NCBI GenBank assembly: GCA_963693365.1
Contig: CAVNZM010000005.1
Coordinates: 3,719,716-3,783,715, forward strand
Length of the DNA: 64,000 bases
From: Amoebidium appalachense
Taxonomy: Eukaryota; Protista; Ichthyosporea
Direction of reading: 5' to 3'
Shown here: positions 13,005 through 53,660 of the stretch, in pieces
Position numbering within the stretch: position 1 is the stretch's first letter
Layout of the letters: every line of letters begins with the position of its first letter
The notes under the pieces: model-generated
What the model was told of the DNA's origin: nothing
What the model saw: only the letters and a program-made list of their open reading frames with translations
Databases searched by the model: none
Program-made: the position numbers and the translations under genes

Positions 13005-13875
13005 CTCAATCGAGAGGCTCGGGGCTATCATAAATAACGATGCCATGCACGGTCGCATCATGCGCTACTAGTAGAACAGTCATAAGTAATAAAAGCACTA
13101 AAGGAGTATTTTTGGTGCTCTGCAATTGGAATAACGTTTTTTTAACGTGACAACCGATATAAACAACGGTTTTATCAGTATCTGTATTTCTGGAAACTTG
13201 CACTAAGTTATCTGTTAGCTTAGGCGCTCTCAGTCTTTGTATCAACGTCCGTATTCCGTCATTGCTGCGGCCGTTGCTGGGTGGGCTCCAACCTCAGCAA
13301 GAAAGCTGAGGTGCCGCCCTCAAAACTATGATAGTTAATTGTCCTGGTGGTTCATTCAATACTAATAGCAACATGATAGTATTACGTGATCATTTTAAAA
13401 TTGAATTATATAGAGACATGATAATCATTCCTAAAGATCATCGTATATGTATATGTATGAATGCAGTGCCCGACTGGGCCATTTCCGCAAGCATACAGTA
13501 TATAATCATATGATATCGGATTCAACTTGTGACATTAAATATGATTATTAGCCTGTCTATGACGCGGTATTCGTGCAGCCCACATAATGCTTCAACTTAT
13601 GTTTTGTATTACATTACTATGCCGATATATCCATCCCTCAGGCGGAGTTACTATACATAGTGTGCATGTGATGTTCCGGTCATAGTATACTGTACTGAGT
13701 GTTATTTAAGGCCCCTAGTGTAGGTAAACGTTAAAGCCGGGCGCCGCAGTAGTCATATTTTTATTATTTTTATAATCTTTTTTTTAAAAAATATAGCTTG
13801 GCCCAAAAACTGTGAAGTCCGTGAACTATTATTATCATAGTACGGTGTAACCTACTATAGTTTACTAAAGTTATC

Positions 13876-14219
13876 ATGATCATCTGGCTATTATCCGGCG
13901 GCTTACTGGCCTACCGTGATTAAGATCCCGCACTTTTGGGGGTGGGGGCGCAATCTTATTCTCAATTAGAGGGTCAAATTTTGGTCGTGTCCATAATCTT
14001 GGTGGGGGAGGCCCCCGGGGGGGGGGGGGGGGGGGGGGGGGGTACAGGGGGAGGAGGGGCTTAGCTAATCATTGCAACTTGAAGGGGTGGTAACGGATCC
14101 GCTTGATGGGGGGGGAGGGGGGGACGGTAGCCGTAATAAGGAGGGGGGGAGGGGGGAGGGGACTGGGGGGGGGGTCTACCAGCTGCAGAATGAAGCTGGG
14201 TATGTGCGCGCCTGCATCA

Positions 14220-14263
<44 letters not shown>

Positions 14264-14285
14264 TGTGTGTGCGTGTATGTGTGTG

Positions 14286-14326
<41 letters not shown>

Positions 14327-14502
14327 CACGTGTGTGTGTGTGTGTAGCGCGCGTGTGTGCACGTGGGTGTAGTGTGGATGTGTTGTGTGTGTGTTTGCGC
14401 ACGCGCACGATTGCGCGTGTCACGGTTTGTGTGGGTTAGTTAGGAGTGATGGACGGGGCCTCTGAGGAGCAGGAGGGAAGGGGGGGGGGCGGGGGGGGGG
14501 AA

Positions 14503-14558
<56 letters not shown>

Positions 14559-14853
14559 GGAAGGGCCGGGGGTCGCAAAAATCGCAAAGGTAATGTGAAG
14601 CCTAACAAAATGCTGAAAAAGCCATTTTCGGGGAACCATCACGGTGTCATACAGCTTGAAAATATGGCCCCCATACCTCCTCTGCCCATATAAGCGATAA
14701 GATTGTCCCGAAAATAGACCCGTCGGCACAATCTTAAAAATTCGGCAAAATCTGCGTCGACGGAATCTTGTTGGCGGACAATCTTAAGGGCGGACGGCCT
14801 CTGTATGCTTACTGGCCTACCGTGAGGAAGTGCGGTGTGTGGCATTGCCAAAA

Positions 14854-14900
<47 letters not shown>

Positions 14901-14948
14901 ACCACCACCAACACCACCACCACCAAGAAACAGGTCACCACCGGCCAC

Positions 14949-14988
<40 letters not shown>

Positions 14989-15126
14989 CATAAAAGCCCC
15001 TAACTGTAATTCGACGTTAACAAGAGTAACAGCAATATCACCCCCCCCCCCCCCCCCCCCACCCACCCACTCACCACCACCACCATCACGTGCACTGCAC
15101 ACAAACTCACAGCACACACACACACG

Positions 15127-15219
<93 letters not shown>

Positions 15220-15447
15220 AAAAAAGGACATACAAACAGGGTTGTATGCTGCGATCAGAACACACGTTCCGCCGCCGGCGACAAGGCGTGCCCTGCAGGC
15301 CAGTATTGGGATGCGACATATAATCAGTGCTGTGATGTGAAGACACGCTCGCCCGCCACTGGGGCAAACAATATCGGTGCCATTGATGAGAACGGGGTGG
15401 AAATTGTGACCCCTGCGGACAATAGTGCCATTGTGGAGTCGCAGTGA
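13876..15447 (+). CDS. Small Cys-rich, probably secreted peptide (not in the ORF track)
   Basis: Last exon 15240-15447 reads VVCCDQNTRSAAGDKACPAGQYWDATYNQCCDVKTRSPATGANNIGAIDENGVEIVTPADNSAIVESQ* with an internal CCDxxTRS repeat. It joins in phase 2 to exon 14789-14834 (RTASVCLLAYREEVR). Two in-frame first exons are possible: 13876-13915 (MIIWLLSGGLLAY) or 14190-14199 (MKL|GTATGT). Confidence 0.55.
13901..14825. mobile_element. Candidate ~0.9 kb non-autonomous insertion flanked by a 19-bp direct repeat
   Basis: GCTTACTGGCCTACCGTGA at 13901-13919 and 14807-14825. Several AATCTT/AAGAT motifs cluster near both ends. No transposase ORF and no clean terminal inverted repeat. Confidence 0.45.
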
Positions 15448-15673
15448 TTTGGGCAGGGATCGTGTAGCTTGTTGCATGTTAGTATAAACACACTGAATTG
15501 GATAGGCATGTACATGTAGAAATGTAGATAGAAAGCAAGCACGTGTGATATGAACTGCTATTGTATAGCAGTTTTTGGTTAATCACAAAGGCAACCATTA
15601 AAACATTCAGAGTAGTTAAATTCTTTATTCTTGAACTCGAGCTGAGAATTGAAACTAACGCAGCGCCCCCAGC

Positions 15674-15704
<31 letters not shown>

Positions 15705-15948
15705 CCCCCCCCAAAAAAAAGAAAGAAAGAAAGAAAGAAAAAAAAATATACCTATGCCCACATCTGTTCTTGCATAGTGCCCAGCGTTACGAACACATTG
15801 GTGGCAAATGTCGCGCGAGAGTGATGTACGCACATAAGCATGTCAAACACAGTGCCAACTCAATCCGCATGGCGCGTACTTACACACAACATCATTTCCG
15901 CATAGAGTACAAGGAGCCTGAAGGGGAGGCACCACTACAACCAACCAC

Positions 15949-16068
15949 CACCACATCCAAGGGACCGAGACCAGGGCAAGAAAAAGAAGAAAAAAACACT
16001 GAAATAAACACCACATCCAAGGCACCGAGACCAGAGCAAAAAAAGAAAAAAAAAACACTGAAATAAAC
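15949..16068 (+). repeat. About 60-bp tandem duplication
   Basis: CACCACATCCAAGG(G/C)ACCGAGACCAG(G/A)GCAA...AAACACTGAAATAAA occurs twice. Confidence 0.85.
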
Positions 16069-17010
16069 GGACATATAGATGGGTCTGAAAATGAGGGGAT
16101 TCCGGGGGTGGGGGGAGGGGAGGAGGGCGGAAAGGGGGGGTAAATCAATCATGCTTCAGCAAACTTATGGGTGGGAACTGGGAGAAAGGGCAGGGGCAGA
16201 GGGGGAGAGGGGGAGGTTGGGGAGAGGTGTGGGGGGAATGAGAGAAATAGGGAGAGTGTGGGGGCCGAGAAAAGAGTGGTAGGGAGGTAGAGAGAGGCAG
16301 AGTCGGGGGAGGGGGGGGGGGAGGGGGGGGGGGGGGGGGGGGGTGGAAGAGGGAAAGAGGAGAAGGGAGAGGGGAAAGGAGAGAGGGGGAGGGAGTGGGA
16401 GGGGAGTTGAGGCAAAGAGAGGGAGAGAAGAATGTGCATGTGTCTACATATGTGGAATTCCCACGGGGTTTGGGGGGATTTTCCTTTTTGGGCGGGTGGG
16501 TGGGGGGAGGGGGGGGGGGGGGGGGGGGGGGCGGGAGGGGCATGGAGAAAGTCGGAAGGTGGGATACATGTAGCACATTCATTGCGCCACAGTAGAAAGC
16601 TCATTCCTCACGGGGAAAGGGGGATGAGGGGATATGTGGGGGGGGGGGGGGGGGGGCTGGGGGGGGCTGGGGGAAGGGGAGGGCAAAGCTGGAGGGTTGG
16701 TTGTGTGTAGCACATCAATTGCACTACGTAGGCGGTAGAAAACTCACGCCTAAGAAATGGCATGTGATATGTAGAACACTAAACAAAGCAAAGAATACAA
16801 CCCAGTTGTGTGCACTTCAAACACCTCATATAGTAATTATTTTACAGTAAACAGACTACATAAGGCTCCTTGATGCTTGGGCAGGGGAAGTCACCCCCCA
16901 CTCTGTTATCACACCCAAAAAAGACAAACCATATTTTTATATTAAAAATAGGCAAGAATGAAAAATCAGGTTAGTAAATTTACACATATTCATGTCAGAC
17001 TCTTCCGAAC

Positions 17011-18678
17011 CTACATATTTTCAACTGCCGGCGGGCAAATTTTACGGATATCTGACCCATTTAAAACTTGATGGGCATGTAGTAAGCCGGGGGTTGAAAT
17101 TGGGGTCACAAAGGTGTACATGCAGTTGGGGGCAAATGGGAGACATTTCCCACACCCGTATCCGGATTTACCGTTTTTCAACTCGAAATACGCTACACGA
17201 ATAGCCTTTTTGCACTTAAGCAAAGAAACATCCACGGTAAGACTGGTCTTTTTGCCACCGTAGAGCAAGATTTCTGCACCGGCGCATTTTTTAGGTTGAT
17301 CCGTCCCACACTCGGCAAATTTCTTGGGAATGGGCTGGCCATTTATCTCACGGGGAATATCCCAAGTGTTGCAGGCAACAGCAACATGGAAGGTTGAAAT
17401 TTCAAGAGGACCCCCCTGTGCGGTGAATGTGTCTAGGGTGACTGTCTTCTGGCCGGAAGAAAAAGTGGAGACTGAGATGGTTCCAGCAACGCGCTTGCGG
17501 TCATACAGAGCAGTAAAGGTGGAGGGGGTGGGAGCGGTGGTTGGAGTTGGGTAGTGAGGCTTGGTGGTGGTGGTGGTGGTGGTGGGCACGGGGTAATACG
17601 GCTTAGTGATGGTCGTGGGCACGGGGTAATACGGCTTGGTGGTGGTGGTGGTGGTGGGTACCGGGCAATACGGCTTAGTGATGGTGGTGGTGGTGGTGTA
17701 GTAAGGCTTGGTGTCGGCGGTGGTGGTAGGCACCGGATAGTAAGGCTTGATGGTGGTCGTCTTATGGTAATTCGGCTTGGTGGTGGTGGTGGTGGTGGTT
17801 TTGGGGTAGTAAGGCTTGGTGGTGGTGGTGGTTGTTGTTGTTGTCTTGGTGTAGTAACGCTTGGTGGTGGTGGTGGTTGTCTTGGGGTAATAAGGCTTGG
17901 TGGTGGTGGTGGTGGTGTAGTACGACTTGGTGGTGGTGGTTGTGGTGGGATATTGAGGCTTGGTGGTGGTGGTGGTGGGTCTTGTACAGGGTCTCTTTGT
18001 GGTTGTGGTCGTGTAAGGGGTAGCTGTAGTCACTGTGTAATGAATCTTTGTTGTTGTCGCTATTGTGGGGTAGTATGGCTCATTAGCAGTGGTGGTTGGC
18101 TGAGGGTAATGAGGGGTGGTGGTGGTACTAATATGCATATTAGTCGTGATGACTGTAGGTGCAGGGTAATATGGGTCCTTAATCGTGGTGGTGGTTGTGG
18201 GTATGGGGTAGTAGGGCTTTGCTGTGGTGGTGGTCTTGTAGTGTTGGGGCAGCCCTTTTGTCGTAGTGGTTGTCTCAAGGTGGTACACTGCCTCGGCATC
18301 AGAGTGGATAGGTACGGCATGGCCTGTCGAAACATTAGTGTTGGGGAGTTTTTTTTTTTTTTTGCCATATTCTGAAACCGATTAAGGCATCAGCATTGCC
18401 AAAGAAGTTGGCTCAACTGACCAATTAGACAACCAAGCCCGTTATATTTTTCATCTCTCTCTTTTTCTGTATCTCTCTGTCTGTGTGTGTGTGTGTGTGT
18501 GTGTATGTGTGTGCACGTGTGTGTGTATTTGTGTGCGCGTGTGCACATGACATTGTGCCTCCGTGCGTGCGTGTGTGTGTGCGTGTGTAAACGATCGTGT
18601 TCACATGTGGAGACTTATAATATCTATAGAGGGGGCCGGAGGCTGTACGGGGGGAGGGGGAGGTGGGAGGGGTGGGGT

Positions 18679-18712
<34 letters not shown>

Positions 18713-19253
18713 GGGGGGGAGCTAGGGGGCAGTTTGGCAGGGAGCCCCGGGGCCAATCGCAAGAGGAGACCCTTAAGGTTTGAAGGGTAGTCTACGTGAA
18801 TGGTGACCCGGTGGCACTTTGCATATGGTGGTGGTGGTGTGACTACTACTGGTTGCATGCTCCGTTTGTGCGTGTGCTTGCTTCTCTCCCTCTCTCTCTG
18901 TGTGTGGTGGTGGTGATGCACGTGGTTGTACATATGGGGGGGGGGGGGGGGGGGGGGGGGGGAGGGGGTTCCGAGCCTGCAGGGGAGCAGCGCCTCTCAG
19001 GTTTATAGTTACTTCAAGTCTAGAATTACTGCAACTCTTCCTTATTTACTTTAATAAAGTTGTACATGATTCTACGGGGCATGCAGTGTGCAGCCTTTGC
19101 TGCACAAACCTATGGTGTCACTGACTCACTATCAAATCACGCGTCTTGGATGCTACAAGACAGCAGAGTGTCCAGTCATACAATGCCAGCGAAAACGGAG
19201 TGTGGCGATCACACTTGCACAATGAAACATGCCACAAACAAGCACATCCTCAT
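17011..19253 (-). CDS. Secreted Thr/Pro/Tyr-rich mucin/extensin-like protein with Cys-rich C-terminal domain
   Basis: Large exon 18287-17011 (about 425 codons) with TTTTTKPYYP repeats followed by a ~170-aa globular Cys-rich domain. Tentative phase-consistent 5' exons 19253-19215, 19109-19076 and 18897-18808 give a signal-peptide-like start MRMCLFVACFIVQVCAAKAAH. The 5' exons are less certain than the main exon. Confidence 0.75.
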
Positions 19254-19561
19254 AAAACAGGTTGCACCAATATATTCTTTAGGTCATTCATGCCTTCAGC
19301 TGTCCATACACATTCAAGATTAAGCTTCCGCCCCTTCCACCATTCACACCTTCAATTCCAAGCTACCCGCACAAATGCGTCCAATTCTTCAAAATCAGAC
19401 AACGGCATACCAAAGTATATTGGTAAACCTTGCACCTATATGGCCTTCCCATATGACGTCACACATCACACATATTACCTAACCCACTATCAGGCACTAC
19501 CAACACCAATACATCGTTCTCCAACTTCATATCGACCGATTCTGTTGATTGTCGCCGAAGA

Positions 19562-40484
<20,923 letters not shown>

Positions 40485-40664
40485 TTTCGATAACTTTAGC
40501 GGTCCTCAAACCAGGCGGATTTCAGCTGGCCAGTTTGGTGGCAATACCCGAACTTGTCCTTTCTCCAAGGCTATCGCCATTGAAGATGGATCCCGTAAAT
40601 TAAGTTCTTAAGACAGAAGAAGTTGATAATTGGGACTAAGAATGTGTGTGTGCGTGGTGGTGGT

Positions 40665-40695
<31 letters not shown>

Positions 40696-40824
40696 GAGGA
40701 GGGAGGGACGGTAACAACGAATAGTTATGAGGCTTGGTATTCGTGGCCCAGTTTCATTTGGTACATCTAGACTGTAACAGCGTTCAAAGCTTTGCACACA
40801 GCAAAGCTTTGAACTGCACGGCTT

Positions 40825-40857
<33 letters not shown>

Positions 40858-41383
40858 GAAAGCCGAGCCGGGCGGCTCACCAGCACGAAGGATGACGTAA
40901 TCCTACCTATATTAGGCAACATGCAGTCATCCAATCAATATGATTTCTTTTAGTCTATATATAGCTATTATTTCTATTATTTGTAATGATTGGTCAATAC
41001 AAAAAGACCGCATCGCGATTCGTCCTACAAAAGACTGGCCGGAGCGCGTCGCTCCGAGAGGGCCTGGCTGTAGTACTGCATGTGGCTTAGAGGCCTTGTC
41101 CGCTGTTTTTTCCTTAGTTTTTCAAGTTGCAAACTAATTTCACCTTTTAGGCACTTGTACATGCACCGTAGGGAGCCCAACGCATGCAATTTAGGGAGAG
41201 GGAAGTTGAAGGGGCTATAAAAGGCAGTAATTTTTATGCAGTAATTCGGAGGCAGTAGCTCTAGTAGTTCCCTTAGGGCTTCGATACACTCTCTTCGCCC
41301 TCTTCCCCCTTGCCTGGCTGGGGACTACCTGATCCGCCTTCCCCCACGTCCTACTTCAAAGCTTTTAGGGTTTAAATCCGAAA
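40485..41383. promoter_or_regulatory. Putative bidirectional promoter between USP8-like (-) and SLC35D-like (+) genes
   Basis: ATGs are 900 bp apart, head-to-head. CRE/ATF-like TGACGTAA 40893-40900, CCAAT 40931, ATTGG 40989, TATAAAA ~41216. Both start codons share the context CGAAAATGCA. Confidence 0.6.
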
Positions 41384-49986
<8,603 letters not shown>

Positions 49987-50068
49987 TGGGCAGTGCATTT
50001 GGTTTATCAGGGTGGTTCCTGAGACCTTTGGAACTCCCCGATATGCATAGCCCACCACGCACACAGTG

Positions 50069-50107
<39 letters not shown>

Positions 50108-51238
50108 GATCGGGACACTGTCCTGCCCCCTCCCTTTCGGTGCACACCACTGCGGTTTGCTGCCCGTATGTACTATTGCAGTTCTATTTGAATGAATGCC
50201 ATGCACACACACATGGACAGCACGATGAATGAAGATATGTTTTTATACTCTGAGAGTTTGTGTTGGTAAAATTGGCTGTCTCAAGCAGCTTTACTTCGAT
50301 TGGACACGAGTGCACATAGCACACATTCCCAACTCCCATCCCCAACGACCACCACCACCCAAACACGCACACAGAGAAACACACACACACTTGCAAACAT
50401 GGTTAATCAAGCACCGACCCATTAGGCATTCATTATATGACACATCTGTGGGTTGTGATGGATTTTGTCTGCTAACTTTGTGTACTGCATGTACCTAAAG
50501 GGTTTTTCACACCTAAGCAGCAAGATAGCCAATGTCTATATTTAGAAGATAAGTTGTAAGAAGCGTTGAAAAGTTGAAGCTTTGATCCAGCATAAGACTC
50601 AGTACTGATGCCATGCGGTGGATTTCATTACGACTGAATTGTTTTTTTGTCTAAGATTCTTTCTTTCGTAAATATTCCAACTCATTTCTGATTGGAATTT
50701 CTCGGAATTTCTCGTGATGCATGCGCATCAGTACAGTCAGTCACCCCTGATTAAGTTTTTTTTTTTGTTTTTTCCCCTTCCTTCCAACCGGTTGTTTCTG
50801 CATATCAGTTGGTTGCTGCGGTGCGGGACACTGCTCACACCGGAAGATGTGCATGAGAGTGGCTTTACTCTTTTGAGATTACAAACGTGCGATTCGTGCC
50901 TGGATTCCGGATCTTGGGTGTGGGACTATGGGCCAACATGCATTTCGGTTGTGGTGAAGAGCATGAGCAGACGTACATGGGCTCATTCACGGCAAAATTT
51001 TGAGCTTCAAGTGTCAGGGCAGCTACATGCTACATGACCAATTGGGACGGCATGGATGTAGCTAGGCGAGGCGAGGGTAGCCGGATTTGTGGACCGGTGG
51101 TGATGGTGGTGGAGGGGGGGATCCGGGGGGTAGGATCTAGAATTATTTTCATTCGGGGGGAGGGGGGATAAAGAACTTCATGAGATCTGTGGGGGGGGAG
51201 AGCGCTAGAGGGGGGGGGGGGGGGGGGGGGGGAAGGAT

Positions 51239-51269
<31 letters not shown>

Positions 51270-52087
51270 AAGATGACACTGATATTGCCTGGGATCTCGT
51301 GCACATGTTGAGCAAATCATGAGGGGGGGTTGAGTGGGCAAGGTTATTGACTTGCATGTGGGGACAGGAGGGCTTTATGTGAAATATACGTGCTCGTGTC
51401 TTCTGCACTTTAGGTTGTTCTAGGCTCAGACTGATCGTTGATGTTTAGTCCGGGTTTTGGAAAATGCATGTTGATTGAAGCCGTCAGCCGTCCGCGTACA
51501 CACAAACCCGCACAAACCTCGAATGTGTCAGCCTTCGACTGCTTTTACAGCTATAGTACCGTTCTTACTAGACATTACCTCCTAAGAGCGTAGCCTCTCA
51601 ACTACAGTTGTTGGGCGAAACCTATGCAAGGAGTTGTGCATATTGATGGTTTTGCGCCAGCCATCACTGGAGCACGCAGGGTTGCCGCAAGGACTGTACA
51701 TATCTTTTCGCACATGCTCAAGACTTTTCCTACAGTTACGTTTTACCCGAAATGATTCGTATTGGTACTTTGTGTTTTCTGGTTTGCGCACAGCGCATGA
51801 CCAAGAATTTAATTCTACTGTCCAGTGTGCTCCATGCGCTAGTCGCTAGTCATCAAGAGTGCCAAAACGGACCTACACACCTTATACAGAGGGGTTGCTA
51901 TACAATTAAATTTTTTAGGTAACTGCAATACTAGTGTCACGAATTCATTTAGCTAGAATGGGTTGGAAGATGATTCACATAAAGTACAAGGAATAAAAGG
52001 TAGGAAAGCTGGCATCCGTGAGGCCAAACATACACATGTTATAAGCTACACGTTATAAACTTGAAGTGAAGTTACTATTTTTACGAC

Positions 52088-52765
52088 TCAGATATTGGCT
52101 GTAACCTTGAGTGCATCGCCGAAATTCGCGTCCTTCTGCCCCGTCATCTTGAAACCCTGGAACCTATCCTGAGGGTACCATGCGCCCCACTGCGAGTTAA
52201 CCTTATCCGCAAGTGTGCACTTTCCAGACGCAACATACTTCGCACTGAAAGTCAAAAGCTCCGTCCTGAGGTTGCTGAATTCGTGGTCGTAGAACAGCGC
52301 GAGGGTCTTATACCATTCAATGCGTGCGACCTCAGCTGCCTGGAGAGCCTTCTGTGTTTCTTCTTCGTTCCACATGCAGCTCTTTCTGTGTATGTCCCTG
52401 ATGATCATCTCATCTCCCCTCGGCGCAAAAACAACAGACTCACGCTCAAGCTCAGAGTATGCTTTCGTTCTGACCTCCTCCATGAGTTCATGTGCGTGTT
52501 TGTATGCGTGCTCGGCGTTAACTCCGCGGCAAAGGCCGTCCTTTTCCCAAGAGTCCTTGGCATCTTTGATAGCCTTTTTGACATCGTTTTCGAAGGCCTT
52601 GACAAAATAGTCTTCAAATCCGTTAAGGGTGGTTTGGACACCTGCAAGGCGGTTTGCTGCGAACTTTTCAACGTCGCACTCGAGACCTGCAAGAGGCACC
52701 GCTGCAGCTAAGCTGCCGCAGACACACGCGGAAAAAACAGAAACAGCGAAACGCCTAAACATCAT
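52088..52765 (-). CDS. Intronless secreted alpha-helical protein of unknown family (about 225 aa)
   Basis: Clean non-repetitive ORF. The likely start MMFRRFAVSVFSACVCGSLAAA looks like a signal peptide. TATATAAA on the minus strand at ~52850-52858 argues against the upstream ATG at 52948. Confidence 0.75.
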   Translation of the reverse strand: MMFRRFAVSVFSACVCGSLAAAVPLAGLECDVEKFAANRLAGVQTTLNGFEDYFVKAFENDVKKAIKDAKDSWEKDGLCRGVNAEHAYKHAHELMEEVRTKAYSELERESVVFAPRGDEMIIRDIHRKSCMWNEEETQKALQAAEVARIEWYKTLALFYDHEFSNLRTELLTFSAKYVASGKCTLADKVNSQWGAWYPQDRFQGFKMTGQKDANFGDALKVTANI

Positions 52766-53587
52766 CTTCGCTATACTCCAAAAACACGCTATCAGGTGAA
52801 TTCTATGTGCAAAAGAAACCGACCAAATGCAGCAGATTGCGTGGTCACATTTATATATCCGAAGTTTAACACTTGTACGAGCCAATGACCGATGGCTCTG
52901 GTACTTCCCAGAAGCACGGTGTTGCCAATGCATGACTTTTTGAAACATTCAGAGGCATGATTATAAGGTTATTAAAATTATGTTATTATTTATGTTCGCC
53001 GAAATAATATTTTAAAAGATTTTAATCGTCGCGCTCGTATCTTTCAGGGCTGCGAAAACCAGAACACAATATTGCCCCTCGCGTTTGACCAAACGGTACA
53101 CAACAACAACCCTAGCGGTGCAACAATATAAATAACTTCTCATTAGTGCGGCTAATGGCCTTTTTGAGGGTCACATTAAGCTAGAGAAAGCTATCAAACT
53201 TTCATATACATACACCTTATCCGGCCAGACCCAAAATGTCAAATCCTGACCATATATGTTTGTTTCACGCACGTGATTGGATGGTTGTGAAGCTTCAAGC
53301 GAATCACTTGAGCTTATTTGTTTCGTTTATGCCGGTCAGAGTGGTTGATGACAAAATTCCTCCAACTCGCCAATGAAAGTGAGCAGCACACTTTGCAGAC
53401 ATAATTATACTTTACAAGTTACAACCTCTAAAAAGTTTTTGAGTCATTTACTTGCTATGTTATTGTACACAAGAATATGTACTTAAATTATTATAAAAAA
53501 TTAAAAAAACATGTACAGCTTTACGGTACTGTGCGGCCATGATGCCTTTTTCTGCCCATGCCAGTGTGCGGCACAGTGTGCGACGTG

Positions 53588-53660
53588 CGATTGGATAAAC
53601 GTCACGTAGTTAAACTCCTAAGAGCTCATTAGTGACGTCATGATGCAGGCTGAGCCAATG
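53588..53660. promoter_or_regulatory. CCAAT + CRE motif cluster (putative promoter)
   Basis: ATTGG 53590, ACGTCACGT ~53599, perfect TGACGTCA 53633-53640, CCAAT ~53655. Same motif pair as in the 40.9 kb promoter. Confidence 0.4.

Noticed and set aside
17554-18375. Gly-rich 273-aa ORF on the + strand
   Set aside because: Antisense shadow of the ACC (Thr) repeats in the minus-strand mucin-like gene.
52766-52948. 61-aa N-terminal extension of the secreted protein
   Set aside because: It spans a TATA box and precedes a clear signal peptide, so it is probably promoter or UTR.
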